Origin: Lama guanicoe
Lineage: Eukaryota
DNA: 64,000 bases
NCBI GenBank assembly: GCA_013239625.1
Contig: MU054323.1
Coordinates: 13,935,950 to 13,999,949 of the forward strand
Reading direction: 5' to 3'
The position numbers and the translations under genes were made by a program. The notes under the pieces were generated by a model. It had not been told where the DNA came from. It did not search any database and worked only from the letters and a program-made list of their open reading frames with translations. How positions within the stretch are numbered: position 1 is the first letter of the stretch; every line of letters begins with the position of its first letter. Of this stretch, positions 1 through 13,580 are shown in pieces.

Positions 1-4
1 TGTG

Positions 5-96
5 AAACATTTACAGAATGTTAACTAGTTGGGTATAAAACATTTAGAGGATATTAGCTAATTAGAGGCGAAACATTTCAGGAATACTAACTAGTT
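5..96. repeat. Degenerate 33-bp-period tandem repeat (3 units)
   Basis: AAACATTT-N(~10)-TA(A/G)CTA(G/A)TT units start at 5, 38 and 71. Confidence 0.6.
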
Positions 97-714
97 TACT
101 TTAATAGGAGTTAAGGGTATACTCATTAAGGAGCAGATAGACCAATGGCACACATTTTGACTGCTGGCTAAAATGCTGAAATGCTTTTATCTGATTAATA
201 AATTGCCACTGCCCCAAATTCTTTGTGTGATCCTCCCACTGACAAACTGCCTGCCTGCCCCTTTCCTTGAGTCTCCCCCAAATCTAACACCTAAAGGTAT
301 GATTGCTTAACACTGAAGGAGGCTTCTAAGTCCCTGCTCCAGGAATTCTCCCTTTTGTTTCTGGTTGGTGTCCCAGACTTGCTGGGTTTTAATATCACTT
401 CTGAGTTGAAGTAGTTGAAGTTAAAATGTAGAGAAGTCTGGATCCTGAGGGCCTTGTATATCATAGGAAGGTATTTAAACTTTATACTGTAGATATTTGC
501 AGAGAGGATAAAGGGAGCCTATGATGCTTCTAGATAGTTGTGACAGAGGGCAAATATATAATCAGGAAGAATCCAGAGTGTCCAAGTTTTTTTTTTTCCC
601 CATGAGATCATTATCTTTCCTAGTAGGATAAACACCCTACCATCTGGTACGCAATCAGCTGGAAATCTTTAAAACCATGAAATTTCTCAGTTCTACATAT
701 AGTTAAAATTGATA

Positions 715-830
715 CGTAAGACAGGAGACATTGAGGGCAAAAAATCTGACTCGTCACTTTTGTAGGCCTTCTAGCACCCATGGTTGAGTCTTATATGTAA
801 TTAACGTTCAGTACATATTTGGTGAATGAT
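715..830 (+). mobile_element. L2 3' end remnant
   Basis: Degenerate L2 tail ending ...CAGTACATATTTGGTGAATGA. Confidence 0.45.
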
Positions 831-2834
831 GTCGATATATAGATAGAATATAAGGGATTTCTGCACATCAAAAACCAAATTGTAGTGAGTAGTATTTTAA
901 TGTCAAATACTTACTGGGGCAGAGAATTTGGCTTTTTGGAAAATAGCAATGCTTTCATTTTATATGTTTAGTAACTTTCTTAACTGTAGTGTTAGATATT
1001 CTGGATTATAGAATTTCTAATTCTATCAGATTTTATTATAATTTTAGAGAGAGAGACAGACCATAGAGATTTCTGTAGAGTGGTGACTGCATCTCATTAA
1101 TTATGTCCACTTCATCCCCATTATGTGATGTATTAACAGATGGGCTGATAAAATACAAAAGTAGTCTAAGTAATGGTCATAGGAATCAATGGTAGTGTCC
1201 CTTCAAATATACATGGAAATATTTCAGTTAAGGCGAGATATAAAAAGAGATTTGAGTCCACAAATTAAAGGAATATGCCTGTTTGGTGATAGGGAGAGAT
1301 GAATATAAAAGGAATGGTTCTATTTCTAGTTATTATTTCTTTGGATGTCAGAGAACTAGATTTAGATGTAATTTCAGTAAATTTCTGCCTGAGGGTAACC
1401 TCTAGATAATCTATCCTAATGGAAATTTTATGAAATGTAGCAGTATTTTATAAATAGCCTTGTGTCTACTCACTACTTTTCTCTGATTATCTTCAGTTAT
1501 TATTTGAAAGTCTTGGCTCCCTAGAGTTCAAGTGGCAGCAAATCTGACAACAATGAATCAGCTAGAGAGTAATAATTCATACAATTACTCTATTCCTTAG
1601 GGTTGGGTTAGTTAAGGCAATGGTTGCTCAGTATTTCATCAGAGGCCAAACTGATAGATGAAGTCAGCTTGTGAAGAAAGGTAAAAATGCATTTCCTCAA
1701 GAGAAACAAGAGTTCTAGAAGGCTTGTGAAGACTACTTCCAAAATCAAAACACAGAAGCAAGCCTTCCCTTCCAAATCAAGGGAAATCCAAATCAAAGCA
1801 TGAAGCTAGAAGGAAATAGTTTAAGGACCTGTAAAAAGAAGTACTCTGCAAGAGGTAGTTAACCCTAAGGATTTTGGCAGGGCTAGGGGAAGATCCTTGG
1901 ATAATAATAAATCAAGAAATCTTTTAGGAGAGACATTGAGACCTTAGGGAACATCCTGTTGCTCAACATATTTCTAACTTTCCTCCCTGGGTAGAAAGTA
2001 GTTGTATATCTAATTTAACATTTGTCTTCTGGAAAAGCAATAGTTGGTGGATTGATGTTGGCTAAGGCTTGCAGATGGGATCTTATTCACCCTGAGGAAT
2101 CCGTTTTACTCATTACTGAAGGTGTAGTTTGTGAGGACAGTGAGATAAATGCAGGAGACTAATAATCAACAAGAAGGCCAATTGTTTATACCCAGGAATG
2201 GAATTTTCTCTGGAATGCCTTTCACATAGCACCTGCTCAGACAGTTTGGAAGATCTGAATCCTGTTAAGGAGACAAAAATGTCTGATTCACCTGATTAGC
2301 ATATTCTTTTTCAACAGGGGAATCCAGTTGCCAGTAAGTTAAGACTAGGAAAAAAAGCAGTAGTTTGTGAAACAAATTGATTTTGAGGAATTAGTCTGAT
2401 CAGTTATTATAGATCAATGAACTCTTCTTTCTTCAACACTATTACCTAGTAAACAAACCAGGAAACAGATATTTGTCAAGTGTCCTTTGCCCTGATTAAT
2501 GCTGGAGTAATACAGGCAACACTTTTTACCACTTAATCTGTTTCTCGGTTGCCCCAAACTTCTTTTATTATGTGGTGTCACATTGCAATCTCCAAAATGT
2601 TATGCTTTCTTTCAATCTTTATATTTTAGACTTTCATGTTGCTTTTCCTGAGTTTATCCTCGGGTTCTGGGTTCATGCCATTTTGATGCACTGATATATA
2701 TGATGATCCACTGATATATTAAATGGGTTAGATTAAATGCCACCACAACTGTGGCTCAAAAAGTGTGGCAACAAAAAAGTTACAAGGAAACAATTTTTAA
2801 ATTTTTGTGGAAATACATTTGATACAGGGGAAAA

Positions 2835-3000
2835 CAAAGATACTGGAGACAAACAGACCTCAGGTTGAATCCCACTTCTGATGCCAAGTGGCTCTGTGAC
2901 CCTGGGCAAATTACTCATGTTGTAAGCTTCAATATACCCACTCTTAAAATTATGTAAGCATTGCAAACTACTTTAGGATTTTATGAGGTAAAAGAGTAAC
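2835..3000 (+). mobile_element. MIR SINE
   Basis: GGTTGAATCCC...TGTGACCCTGGGCAAATTACT matches the MIR core. Confidence 0.7.
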
Positions 3001-4445
3001 ATTATTATGATGATGATTTGATTCTGACTCTCTGGGTTGACAAGGTCATTACTTTGTACACAGGGAGGTGGGCAAAGGGTTTAACCTGAGCCAAGATACC
3101 TATATTTTTCACTAACAGGGGAGAGCAAAGATATAGTCGTTTAGCTAAAAAAAGAATTGAAGCCAGAATGGTAAGATTTAAGGAAACCACAAATTTAACA
3201 CTCAAATACTTATTTTTCTTTAAACATGTGAAAAAAGATCAACACAAATTCCCAAAGTGGGTGAAGAATAAAAAATGTATGTCTGGTAGTTAGATTAGAT
3301 AATCATATTGAAGAAATCTGACCTCAAGGTATAACGTTGCGTTTATTGTTTGCTTATTGTGTATCAGTTGGTGTCACTTCCTCATAATTCTGCACCTTTA
3401 ACTTCATAATAAACCAGTAAAATATGTATTTCTATTCCCATTTTACAGATGGGAAAACTGAAAGTTGTTTGAACAAGGAAAACAACAGAAATTAGAGATA
3501 AGATGGCTTGTCAGATACCAGGGAGACTCCCACACAAGGAGGAAGACTGATCAGTAAGAACCTTGATGTAGGAGAGCAGCCTATATAGAGGGACTCAGAG
3601 ATCCGTGCTGATGTTTTCTGGGACACTGTCCCTTATCCCTACACCTGATTCAGTCTTCTGCTGTTTGCTGCCATAGCACTCTAGGTCCTCGGCTCTTACA
3701 TTCACCACACTTTTCTAGCATTATCTGAAGTAATAAGATTATACTTAGTGAACATTTTCTCATGCACTAGATTTGATATTCTGTTCCTAGTAGATATCAC
3801 AGGCTTCCATACATAGATGTTAACAGATGGATATATATAGAAAGTGACAAATGTGGCAGCTTGCTCTATGTGCTTCATTCTTATCCTCTTCCTGGAAACA
3901 AGACTTTGATAGACGGAGAAAAGTGATTATTTTTATTAGCACAATGAGGAGAAGTTTCATCCTCTAAGAATTAGGCAATATTAGCAGGAGAATGGCTGGT
4001 ATGTCCTGTAAATGTTTCACTTTAAGGAAACTCAGGGATTTAACAGTCCCCACAATCAGCTGTGATCTCCACACCAGATCTGAGAGTAAAAGAAAATTCA
4101 CTGGTTTAGGTGATGGTAGTAGTTGCTATGGCAGGGAAAAATCTCAATGAATTAAAATGTAGAAACGTACTTTTTCTCATTTAAAGATGAAATAGTGTTA
4201 GGGGAGGAGGGTTGTGCTCCACATAGTCATCGAGGAATCTAGGCTGACAAGTGCTCTGTGTAATGAAGTCTGCCCATGAGCCCAGGAGGAAAGGGAAAAT
4301 GGTCTGTGAGTAGCAAGCTAGCTTTGCCATATTAACCTAAATAGAAAGGCATTTAGGTGTCTAATGCAATTTTTTTGTGGTTCTCTGAAGACTGCTCTAT
4401 AATTTGGCTTTTATTTTCTTTAAATAACTTTGTCCTGGTGGAGTT

Positions 4446-4478
4446 TTTGTTTGTTTGTTTGTTTGTTTGTTTGTTTTT
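4446..4478. repeat. (TTTG)n microsatellite
   Basis: Direct reading. Confidence 0.9.
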
Positions 4479-4849
4479 TGTATTAATACAGGTGCAAATG
4501 CAGGAATTATTTTCTGACATGTAAGTTGGTGCCAGTGATTAATCAATCCATTGGCTATTCAATGAAAACATGCCTATTGTTTAATATATTGTGTAATGTG
4601 CATGTATATGATGTGTGACATATACAACATGTGTATATGATGTATATATGTGTATATAAACACCAGAGGCTACAAGGTAAAGATGTGAGCTTCAGATAGT
4701 AGGTTTTGTGGGAGGACAGAGAAAGAATTTCTAAATGACTCATTACCACATTTTATTGTGAGTTTATCAGCCTGATCCTTGCTGAAGACACAGAGGGAAA
4801 GTGAGTTTATGTAACTTCATTGTCCCTCATAAAACTTTTAAAGAATTTT

Positions 4850-6825
4850 ATAGCTTTTCTTAAAGTATGTATTTTTAATTTTGAAACAATTACAAATTTA
4901 CAGAAAAGTTCTAAATGTGGTATAAATACCTTTTTTTTTTCCCCTGAACTATTTGAGCTCAAGCCAGTGCTGGTTACCTGATCACCTGAGTATTTTAGCT
5001 TAGTATGTGGGGTGATTTGTCACACAGACATATGACTTCAATGTCATCTAATCCTCAGACCCCATTCAAATTTCAGTTGTTCCCGTATTTTCTTTATAGT
5101 AGGATGATCCAATTCAGAATCGTGTGTTATGTTTGATCATTTGATCTCTGTGTCTCTTTATTTTCATTAGGTATAGGACACTCTTTCCTTCACTTTCACA
5201 ACCTTGATACTTTTGAAGATAGGCTACTTTTTGTAGTCAAATGCCTTTGAATGTGAATTTTTCATTTTTACCAGATTCAGATTATGAATCTTTGGCAAGA
5301 ATATCATAGAAGTGATAGTTTTTTTTTTCTCTTATTACATTCTGTCAAAGAGTGCACAATTTTGACTTGTTCAAAATTAATAATGCTAATTTTGATTATT
5401 TGATTCTGGAGGTGTCTGTCAGGCTTTTTCACTTACCTTTTCCCTTTTGTAGGTAAGAAGACTGTGAGAAGGGACTTTGAATCATGTAAATATCCTGTTC
5501 TTCATCAAACTCTCCAACTAGTCATATATCATTAATTTTTATCTGTATAGACACATTTAAATTCATTATTTTATTTTACTTGAATTATTATTCATTGTTG
5601 TCATTATTTATTTTGATATTGAATTTTCCTCCAGTTTGGCCACATGGAGCCCCTTTTTCTCTGGCTTCTCTGTGTTTTTGATATATCTCTAACCCTGCTG
5701 AGTACTTTCTTAACTTCCTTATTCAATAATGTGTTCTCAGCCTGTGCTTATCCTGCCCCAAATCTGAAATCAGCTATTTCTTCAAAGAGCTCTAATTCTT
5801 TATAGTGGAGAATGGTATTTAGAAGTTAAGATTTGAGTGCTAGATATGCTAATTATTATGAGATGCCAATGCAGTAGACAGCACTAGGAATATAGAATGC
5901 ATACGTACACATGTGCACCTTTATATTTTTTTATGTATCTCTCTGTATGAAAAACCACAAGTTTATATGGATACCCCTAATGCCAATCCAACAGCACAGT
6001 CTTTATTCTAGTTCCCCCTTTCCACCTTTGTAACTCCTTTGTCTGACAGAAACATGGACCCATTTCCTTTTTTATATTTACTTATTTTCTTTGTCCTCCT
6101 ACATGTTAACCTGTCTATCTTTGCCCACTCCCTCATCAGGTGCTTCTGTCCTCACCCACCTTCTGTGCTCTAGTCCACCATCCCAGGGTATATTTCTCCC
6201 TGTTATTGACATACTCCTTAATCCTCTTGGGCTTTAACTCTCCATCCTAAAGTGCATCTCCGCACGGATTACTCATGATTGTGCTTGTTCTCTAATAGTT
6301 TGTACCAGTCCACCTGTAGGTATGGATGGGCCCTCTTCACTGTGGATTCTGTTTCCCCAGCCATACTGCTCCTCTTCATGCTTGGGTTCTGACAGTCTGC
6401 ACCAGGCTGGCTTCTCCACCTCTCATGAGTACCTACATCATCCACTCAGAATCTGACTCCTCCTACTGGTCTGCCTCCACTTCTGAAGGTTGCCTTCTTC
6501 ATCTTGAGCTCGGACATCACATGCCGGTTCACCCCTATGTTGGAATGTTACTTTTACACTTCTCTGAGACACCCCTGTGTTGCTCTCCTCACCTTGCTTA
6601 GTCTGATTGTCTGCATGGGCACCAGCCTTACCTTGTTTGAACTTTGACACCCCACATCTAACAACAATCCACCCTCTGAGTGTAGCCACCTTCCCCTCTG
6701 CTCTGGGTCTCTGACATCTATTCTTACCATGGCAGCTTCCCCATCCCACCTCCTCCAGTGTAGACAGCTACCTTGCCCTGTCCCACCTAATGACTTTAGG
6801 AGTGCTTTTTTTTTTTTTTTTTTTC
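4850..6825 (-). mobile_element. Old L1 (L1MC4/5- or L1ME-like) 3' region, antisense
   Basis: Starts TTTTAATTTTGAAACAATTACAAATTTACAGAAAAGTT, a typical reverse-complement L1M 3' end; later AGTGGAGAATGGTATTTAGAAGTTAAGAT motif and a C-rich internally repetitive block at 6130-6800. Confidence 0.7.
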
Positions 6826-8549
6826 CCAGGGAGAGAAGAAGAACAAGGACAATTCCATCCCTTTTTGGAATAAAGATCCTTAGGGAATGTTGAGTTATCT
6901 AACTTATTTATTTAGTTATTAATCAAAAATATGTAAGAAACTATTTGTCAGGCATTAATCTAAGTGCTAGAATTTTGGTGGTATATAAAAATAGGCAATG
7001 TCTCTGATCCCATGCATTTATATTTTTAAGGAGTTGGAAGAATAATTACTACCCATGATACTGATTTGATAATGGCATGCTCATATCAGGACCCTGGGAC
7101 ATTGGTCTGATAAAGTGACAAACAACCAGTGCATCGCTGAGTGACATGAAGGAAATTAAGCTGAGCATTTTTGTGCAGTGAGTTAGGTAGGCTCGAAGGG
7201 AAAGGTAGCTTGTCAGAGAAAAGCCCCCAAAAATAAAGTTGTAAGAATTAAATATTCTGGAGACTTAGAAGGTCAGATAAATTATAGAGAACTCAGATGG
7301 ACTTTATGTCCAATTTTCTGTGTTGGAAAAAATATGCAAGGTACTCTTGGGGATAAGAGAAGTAATGGACATTTCTGTGGTGCAAGATTAGACTTCATTG
7401 GTCTTATCTAAGAAGATGTTGTAATAAGGGTTAAAAATCTAATTCTTCCAGACAATAATGTTAGAACCAGGCAGTCTCCAGCCATGTACCCGCCCCTTGT
7501 CATGACTCATATAGTCCTATGGAAGCTGGGGGCACTGAGAGGAAACTTTGAGCTATTCTAGCCAGTAGGCTAGTGGTCAGTGAAAAATGATCGTCCTTGA
7601 CTGAGGCTGCCCTTTCTATACTGTTGGGGTCAGGGTTGGCATGTGCCTCTGATGCTCTAACCTACAAAGGGAGATTTTTCACAATGTGAAATAAAATTTA
7701 TGGGCCTCTATTACCAGGGAGAAATCCACTACTAATGTAGACAAATCCTTTCCTAAGAGCTTGGTGAATTTCTCACTTTTTAATTAGTAATGTTAGAAAA
7801 ATTAAGTGTAACTGTACTTTTTTTTGATGAGGTGATTGTTAAGAAAATTTTAGAAGAGTGGAGAAATAATTTGCATTGAATTCAGACAAAAACGTTTTCT
7901 GAGTTTTATGCTTATGTTAAGAAATTAAACCAGCCATGCTTGCTTTTCTGCTGTTTATGTCCAGGTCTACACCTATAGTTCTGTTTAAGATACTATAAAA
8001 TCAAACGATGTCACTCTAACTTTAAAGGTTTGTGCAGCTTGGGATGTAGATTAATAAAATGGCTAGATAGATTTATTTTGTCACCAAGAAGATGTGTAGT
8101 TTGTAGTGGCCTCAGTGGTTTATGCCTAGGAAATTTTAAGTTTGTTTTTATGAAGTGATTAAAGAATGATTATGAGGGAATACCTTATTCTCCTTCTTCA
8201 GATTTGATAGAAAACTACCCAATTTAATCAAACAAGTATACTTTTAAGGCAAGTAAGTAGATACTAATATTGATTTCTCCAGATACTTCAAACTTTGGTT
8301 TTTTGCTTCCAAAATGTATTAATGTGAAAATAATTACCCTAACAACCTTAGAAGTTATTCTCAACTGTAAAATATAAGTACAGTTAACAGAGGCATGCTT
8401 GAACTCACAGTTGGATTCACAGTACAGCAAATAGACATATTATCCTTGTTCAGTGCTTTTATATTTTTCACATCTATACTAGTTTAAATCTTCAAATTTT
8501 AAATACTTAACATTTTCTTTTACCAGTAACTAAAAACTTAACAAATGTA

Positions 8550-9400
8550 TTAGAGACTTCTACTTCTTGTATGACTAACAAAGCTCCTACCAGATTAACC
8601 CTCCCATAGATATCAATGATAAACTCTGGGTAAAATTAGAAAACAAAAATGAAAACCACCTCTGGAAAGTGAAATAAAACAAGTATATTTCAGAGGAGCT
8701 GTATAGAAGAGGGGAAAAACACTGATTGACTTTTCTACTTTTACAGTTTTTAACCTGGTCATAGCTGTGGCCAGTGATTTGAGAGGTTTATAGAGGTGGT
8801 AGAAACAGAAAAATGTTCTGTTTTGAAGAACCAGAGGGCACAGTTAGGGACAATCATAGCTGCCAGAAAATGGAAAAGGAATCCCGGGAAAGAGTCAAAA
8901 ACAGGAAACTGTAGGTTCTGAATAGAGAAACTTTGCCTAAATATCTGGCTGATCTCTCAACCATGTATGAAGGGAACAACATCCAGGCTCTAAGGCAGAG
9001 GACAAAAGAACTGAAATTTGAACTCTCTCTCAAAATACAGAGCTTATGGCTTGAGTCTGGACAAACTAGTTGACTGTTACAACAAACAAACAAAAGCACT
9101 CTTTGGGAGAATATGATAGAACGAAGTCTCCACAACAATGTTCATGACAGAATTCAAAATTATTTAACATTGGAGAGCCAGGAAGATGTGATCAGTTCTG
9201 AAGAGAAAAGGTAGTCAGTGGAGACAGTGAAGACTGACTCTAAGCTAACTAAAATGTTGGAACTAGACAAATATTATAAAGCAAGTTTTATGACTCCTCA
9301 GTAAAGTAGAGGAAAATATACTCATAATGAATGAAAAATTACAGCATCTTAGAAGATACATGAGAACTTTTTGAAGAGAACCAAAATATAAATCTTATGA
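8550..9400 (+). mobile_element. Ancient L1M 5' UTR/ORF1-start remnant
   Basis: GACTTCTACTTC... start, A-rich strand bias, degenerate ORF1-like AAAATGTTGGAACTAGACAAATATTATAAAGCAAG segment. Confidence 0.55.
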
Positions 9401-10344
9401 ATAGCTCTTAACCCCATGTAGGTTACAGAAGTAGATAATTTAAAAAAAATTGTTAAATAAAAAAATAGCATTTTCATTATTTTCTCTTGACCTACTTGTC
9501 TTGACTTGTATTCTTTATTTTTTCACCTATTTATTTGTTTAAAATTTGTTTATATTCTTTTAAATAGTTTTTAGCCCTAAGATACTGATTTCTTCATTTG
9601 AACATTTATAGAACAGTTGCTATGTGCCACATATTGTGCTGGGAAGAGTTTATTAGTGAATGATGAGGAAAGGGAAGAAAAAAAGAAGAAAAGGAAGAAA
9701 GATAATTGCTTCATGAAGTTACGAACATTTTCTGTATCCCCAATACCTAATACAATGCCTGAGATATAGTTAGTTACTCTAACTAATATTTACCAGATGA
9801 GTAAATAAATAAGTATATGATTGAATGAAAACATACCATAAGGAGATTTATACTTTATCTTTTATCTATATTTTGATCTTTTAAATTTTCCTAAACTTGA
9901 GTTACCAATTTCACTGGTGTATTTCATTTTTCAGTCTTTTCTTTTTTGGGAGGGGGAAGTTGCTCAGCATTTTCCCTTTATAGTGTAAATTTTACCGTGT
10001 CTTTTCTGAAGCTCTTCCTAATCATCTATCTTTCAGTATGGAGAGGAGGAACTGAAAAATTGGCCATCATTTGTTTTTCTCCTTCAACCTTCATAGAGTA
10101 AACAAAAACATAAAATTGTAAGATAGTTCTGTTTTGATCATAGCTAGTCATCCTGATTGTGAAAGATGCAGTCTTCCTTCTAAATTGCTACTTTTCTTTC
10201 ACAGGACCATAATAACAGCTCCCTTCAGTAGGATTATACATGTAGATTTTTTACATCAGACTCACAGATTTCATAGAGTAAATGGAAGTGGATTCAGGCT
10301 TCAGAAAATGATTCAGTAGTGTTACCTTATTAATAGTGATTAAA

Positions 10345-11330
10345 ATATAACTGTTTTCATTTCAGTAAGAAAAACCAACTCAAACTAGCTCCAGCATAAA
10401 AAAGGAATTGATTAACAGCTAGGAAAAAACTCTGCTTTAGATTTCATACCAGGTGATGGAATGGTTCAAATATATATCACCAAAAAAAAGCCTTGTGCTC
10501 ACTATCTCTTTACTCGGATTCCCTCTTCAAGTTGTTTCATTCTCAGGCAGGTTTTCTCTTTATGGTGGGAAAATGACTGAATGCCAAAAGCTCCAGACTT
10601 AGATTGAATCTCTCTGCATCCTTCTTTGGGTGCTTCTCAACTGTCTGATTAGATAGCCTTTGGCCACATGCTATTACAAAAGCATTCATTATGTCCAGAG
10701 GTAAGGAATATGGCATTGGCCAGATTTATTTCATGTGTTCATCTGTAGTGGAGAATGTTGGTGCCCTGAGAAGATGCCCCCAGATCTACTTTACAGGTCC
10801 TTTGAGATCATCCTTCATCTCTATGTCTTTTCTGCTATTGCCTTACAACTTCAGTATCCATGATGTTGCCCTGAGCTACCCTAGCTTATAGAGAGACACG
10901 TCATGGGGAAGCCAGATGTCTGGGAGTAGACCCAGCCACTGACTAGACTGGTATGGGACATAAAAACCCAGCTCCTTGCCAAGGGGCAAAAGAAACTCTT
11001 CATTTGTGATTAATACTCATCGCTGTCTCTGGCATCAGACTGATGCTGGAACTTCACCTGTAATTATATACTTGTTTGATTTCCTCTCCTTTGATGTCTT
11101 TGCTCCCACTTTCTTGCTGATTTATCTGGGAAACGTTTCCTTAATGAATCATTTGCACTCAGATCCATGGCTCAGGATGGACTTCTGGGAGAACACAACC
11201 TAACAAAGTATCCTGAAATGCAGGAGTCCAAACTAACATAGGATCAGGGTTGGAAAAGCAGGGTACCCAAGGAAATCAACATGCAATTACTGCATGGGGA
11301 AATGGAAGCTGGTAGATTAAAGGGAAATGA
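10345..11330 (-). mobile_element. Old MaLR LTR (MLT1J/K/L-like) interrupted by an LTR16
   Basis: CAGTAAGAAAAACCAACTCAAACTAGCT...AAAGGAATT is typical of antisense old MLT1; similarity stops at ~10742 and weakly resumes after ~11206. Confidence 0.5.
10743..11205 (+). mobile_element. LTR16-like ERVL solo LTR
   Basis: Starts TGTAGTGGAGAATGTTGGTGCCC, ends GGCTCAGG...CTTCTGGGAGAACACAACCTAACAA. Confidence 0.7.
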
Positions 11331-12069
11331 CTCTAGTAGGGGTAACTTCAAAATAAATACGAGTTTAGTTCTTTTATTGTTTATTTCTGTTCTTTTTTTT
11401 TTTCAGGAGCAGCTATTTCCTCTACAAAGTGTGTAATAACCATTCTCACTGGTTCCCCTTTCATCTTTATATTATTAATACAGTTCTGTCCTTTCTGTCT
11501 GTTTTGATATTTTGACCATGGTTGGTTTATTCAGATTCCAGCTTTTTTGAAGGTGCTGTTGAGGTATTTAGAACCTATTGATATTTGTGTCATGTCATTT
11601 GTATAAACTGTGTCTAATATTTAATGGCTTGTCCATCCATAATCTCTTTCCATCTTAACCTGAGGCAGCTCTTGAACTCAGTATGTTTTCTATGGATCAC
11701 ATGCTTTAAGGAGATAAATGAACAATCTTAATTTGTTCCCTCTGTCAACTTAATTTTACTCCCAACCTTCTCATTGTTGGCATGATGGGATATGTATTTC
11801 TCGTATTTAAATAATGTTTATCTTTCAGTGTCTATCTGCTTTTAAAGAAAATACCATGGTTTGCTTTATAAAAATGTATTCTAAGAATTTCATAATATGT
11901 CCCTGCTTTCTCTCAGTCAGTGTATGGTTTCTCTTTAGTTCACTAAGTGCTCAACTATATGACCAACCATTTGTGTATATGCATTATGTTCTGTGCAGTT
12001 CTTAACAGGCTTTGGAGCAAAAAACAAACCCAAACAAACCTATAGTCCTTGTTTAAGAATGTCAGTGGT

Positions 12070-12319
12070 GTACTCCTACACTGTTGGTGGGAATGTAATT
12101 TGGTGCAGCCACTATGGAAAGCAGTAAGGAGATTCCTTAAAAAAAAAAAATAGAGTTACCATATGATCTAGCAATCCCATTCCTGGGCATATATCCAGAG
12201 AAAACTCTAATTTGAAAAGATACATGCACCCCAATGTTCACAGCAGTACTATTTACAATAGCCAAGAAGCAACCTAAATATCCATCAACAGATGATTGGA
12301 TAAAAGAGATATGATGTGT

Positions 12320-12364
<45 letters not shown>

Positions 12365-12810
12365 GGAATACTACTCAACCATAAAAAAGAATGAAATAAT
12401 ACCATTTACATCAACATGGATGGACCTAGAGATTATCATACTAAGTGAAATAAGTCAGACAGAGGAAGACAAATACCATATGGTATTTTCACTTATATGT
12501 GAAATCTAAAAAATGATGCAAATGAACTTATTTACAAAACAGAAAGAAACTCACAGACAAAGAAACCGAATTTATGGTTACCAAAAGGGGGAAGGGATAA
12601 ATTAGGAGTTTGGGACTAGCAGATGCAAACTATTCTATATAAAATACATAAATAACAAGGCCTTACTGTATAATACAGGGAACTATATTCAATATAATAA
12701 TCTATAATGAAAACATGAAAAAGAATATATATGTGTATAACTGAATCACTTTGCTGTATACTAGAAACTAACACAACACTGTAAATCAACTATACTTCAA
12801 TTAAAAAAAA
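12070..12810 (+). mobile_element. 5'-truncated L1 (ORF2 C-terminus, 3' UTR and poly(A)), cetartiodactyl-like
   Basis: Translates to L1 ORF2 tail (EYYSTIKKNEIIPFTSTWMDLEIIILSEISQTEEDKYHM); ends TGTAAATCAACTATACTTCAATT plus A-tract. Confidence 0.95.
12322..12362. repeat. (AC)n microsatellite inside L1
   Basis: Direct reading. Confidence 0.95.
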
Positions 12811-13169
12811 TAATTTTTATAACTCTGAAAGAAGACAAAGAAGTGAGCCGAGAGCCCCGTGACATTCTAAATTTATTATACTTCAATTAAAACAATAAAA
12901 AGTAATATGAGGGCTTAGCCTCCATATCTAAATTTTAAAATACGATTATTCACACAGTTAATAATTTAAAAATTCACAGTTCTTACCACTGTTACCACTT
13001 TTTACTTATACCTGAGTCATTTCAATTTTATAGAAACTCCATTGATAACAGTAGTCAAAACCTGTTTATAGGGGCTTCAACAAGCCAGTTTTAAGTGTCA
13101 CTTTCTATCCGAAACTAGCCTGTCCCCACTTTGTGCTACTTTGTTCATTCCTCAGAGGTTTCATTTATC

Positions 13170-13280
13170 ATAGTGTAGAACTATGTATGGTTCATCTTCA
13201 TATACCCAGCACTTAGCACAGTCACAGGTGTATAATATGTGTTCAATTAATGTTGGTTGAATAATCTTGCATGAATTACA
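13170..13280 (+). mobile_element. L2 3' end remnant
   Basis: CCCAGCACTTAGCACAGT...TTCAATTAATGTTGGTTGAATAA. Confidence 0.55.
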
Positions 13281-13399
13281 CTTCATGAAAAATATGCTAA
13301 CTTTTGATGCTACAAGTTCTGATTTTTACAATAATTGTGCTTATGAGTTGTGGTCCCTCGTATTTGGGAAGGTCTTTAAAGTCTACAAAGCAACTTCAT

Positions 13400-13580
13400 G
13401 TTTATTGCCCTTATTCAATCCTCACTGCACACATAAAGCAAGTATAATTTCCACTGTCTAAATGCAGAATTTGAGGTTATTAACCTAAGAAAGATTAAAC
13501 AACTGGCCCAAAGTTAACATAGCTAGTAAGTGGTAAAGTTTGGGTCAAACACAGGACTCCTGACTCTATACCTCAGTCCT
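13400..13580 (-). mobile_element. MIR SINE
   Basis: AACTGGCCCAAAGTTAACATAGCTAGTAAGTGG is the reverse-complement MIR core. Confidence 0.65.

Noticed and set aside
5..96. CRISPR-like repeat-spacer array
   Set aside because: Mammalian context, only three degenerate units, spacers far too short, no cas genes.
11385..11460. Plus-strand acceptor-like T-tract plus CAG
   Set aside because: No convincing donor or recognisable coding frame downstream.
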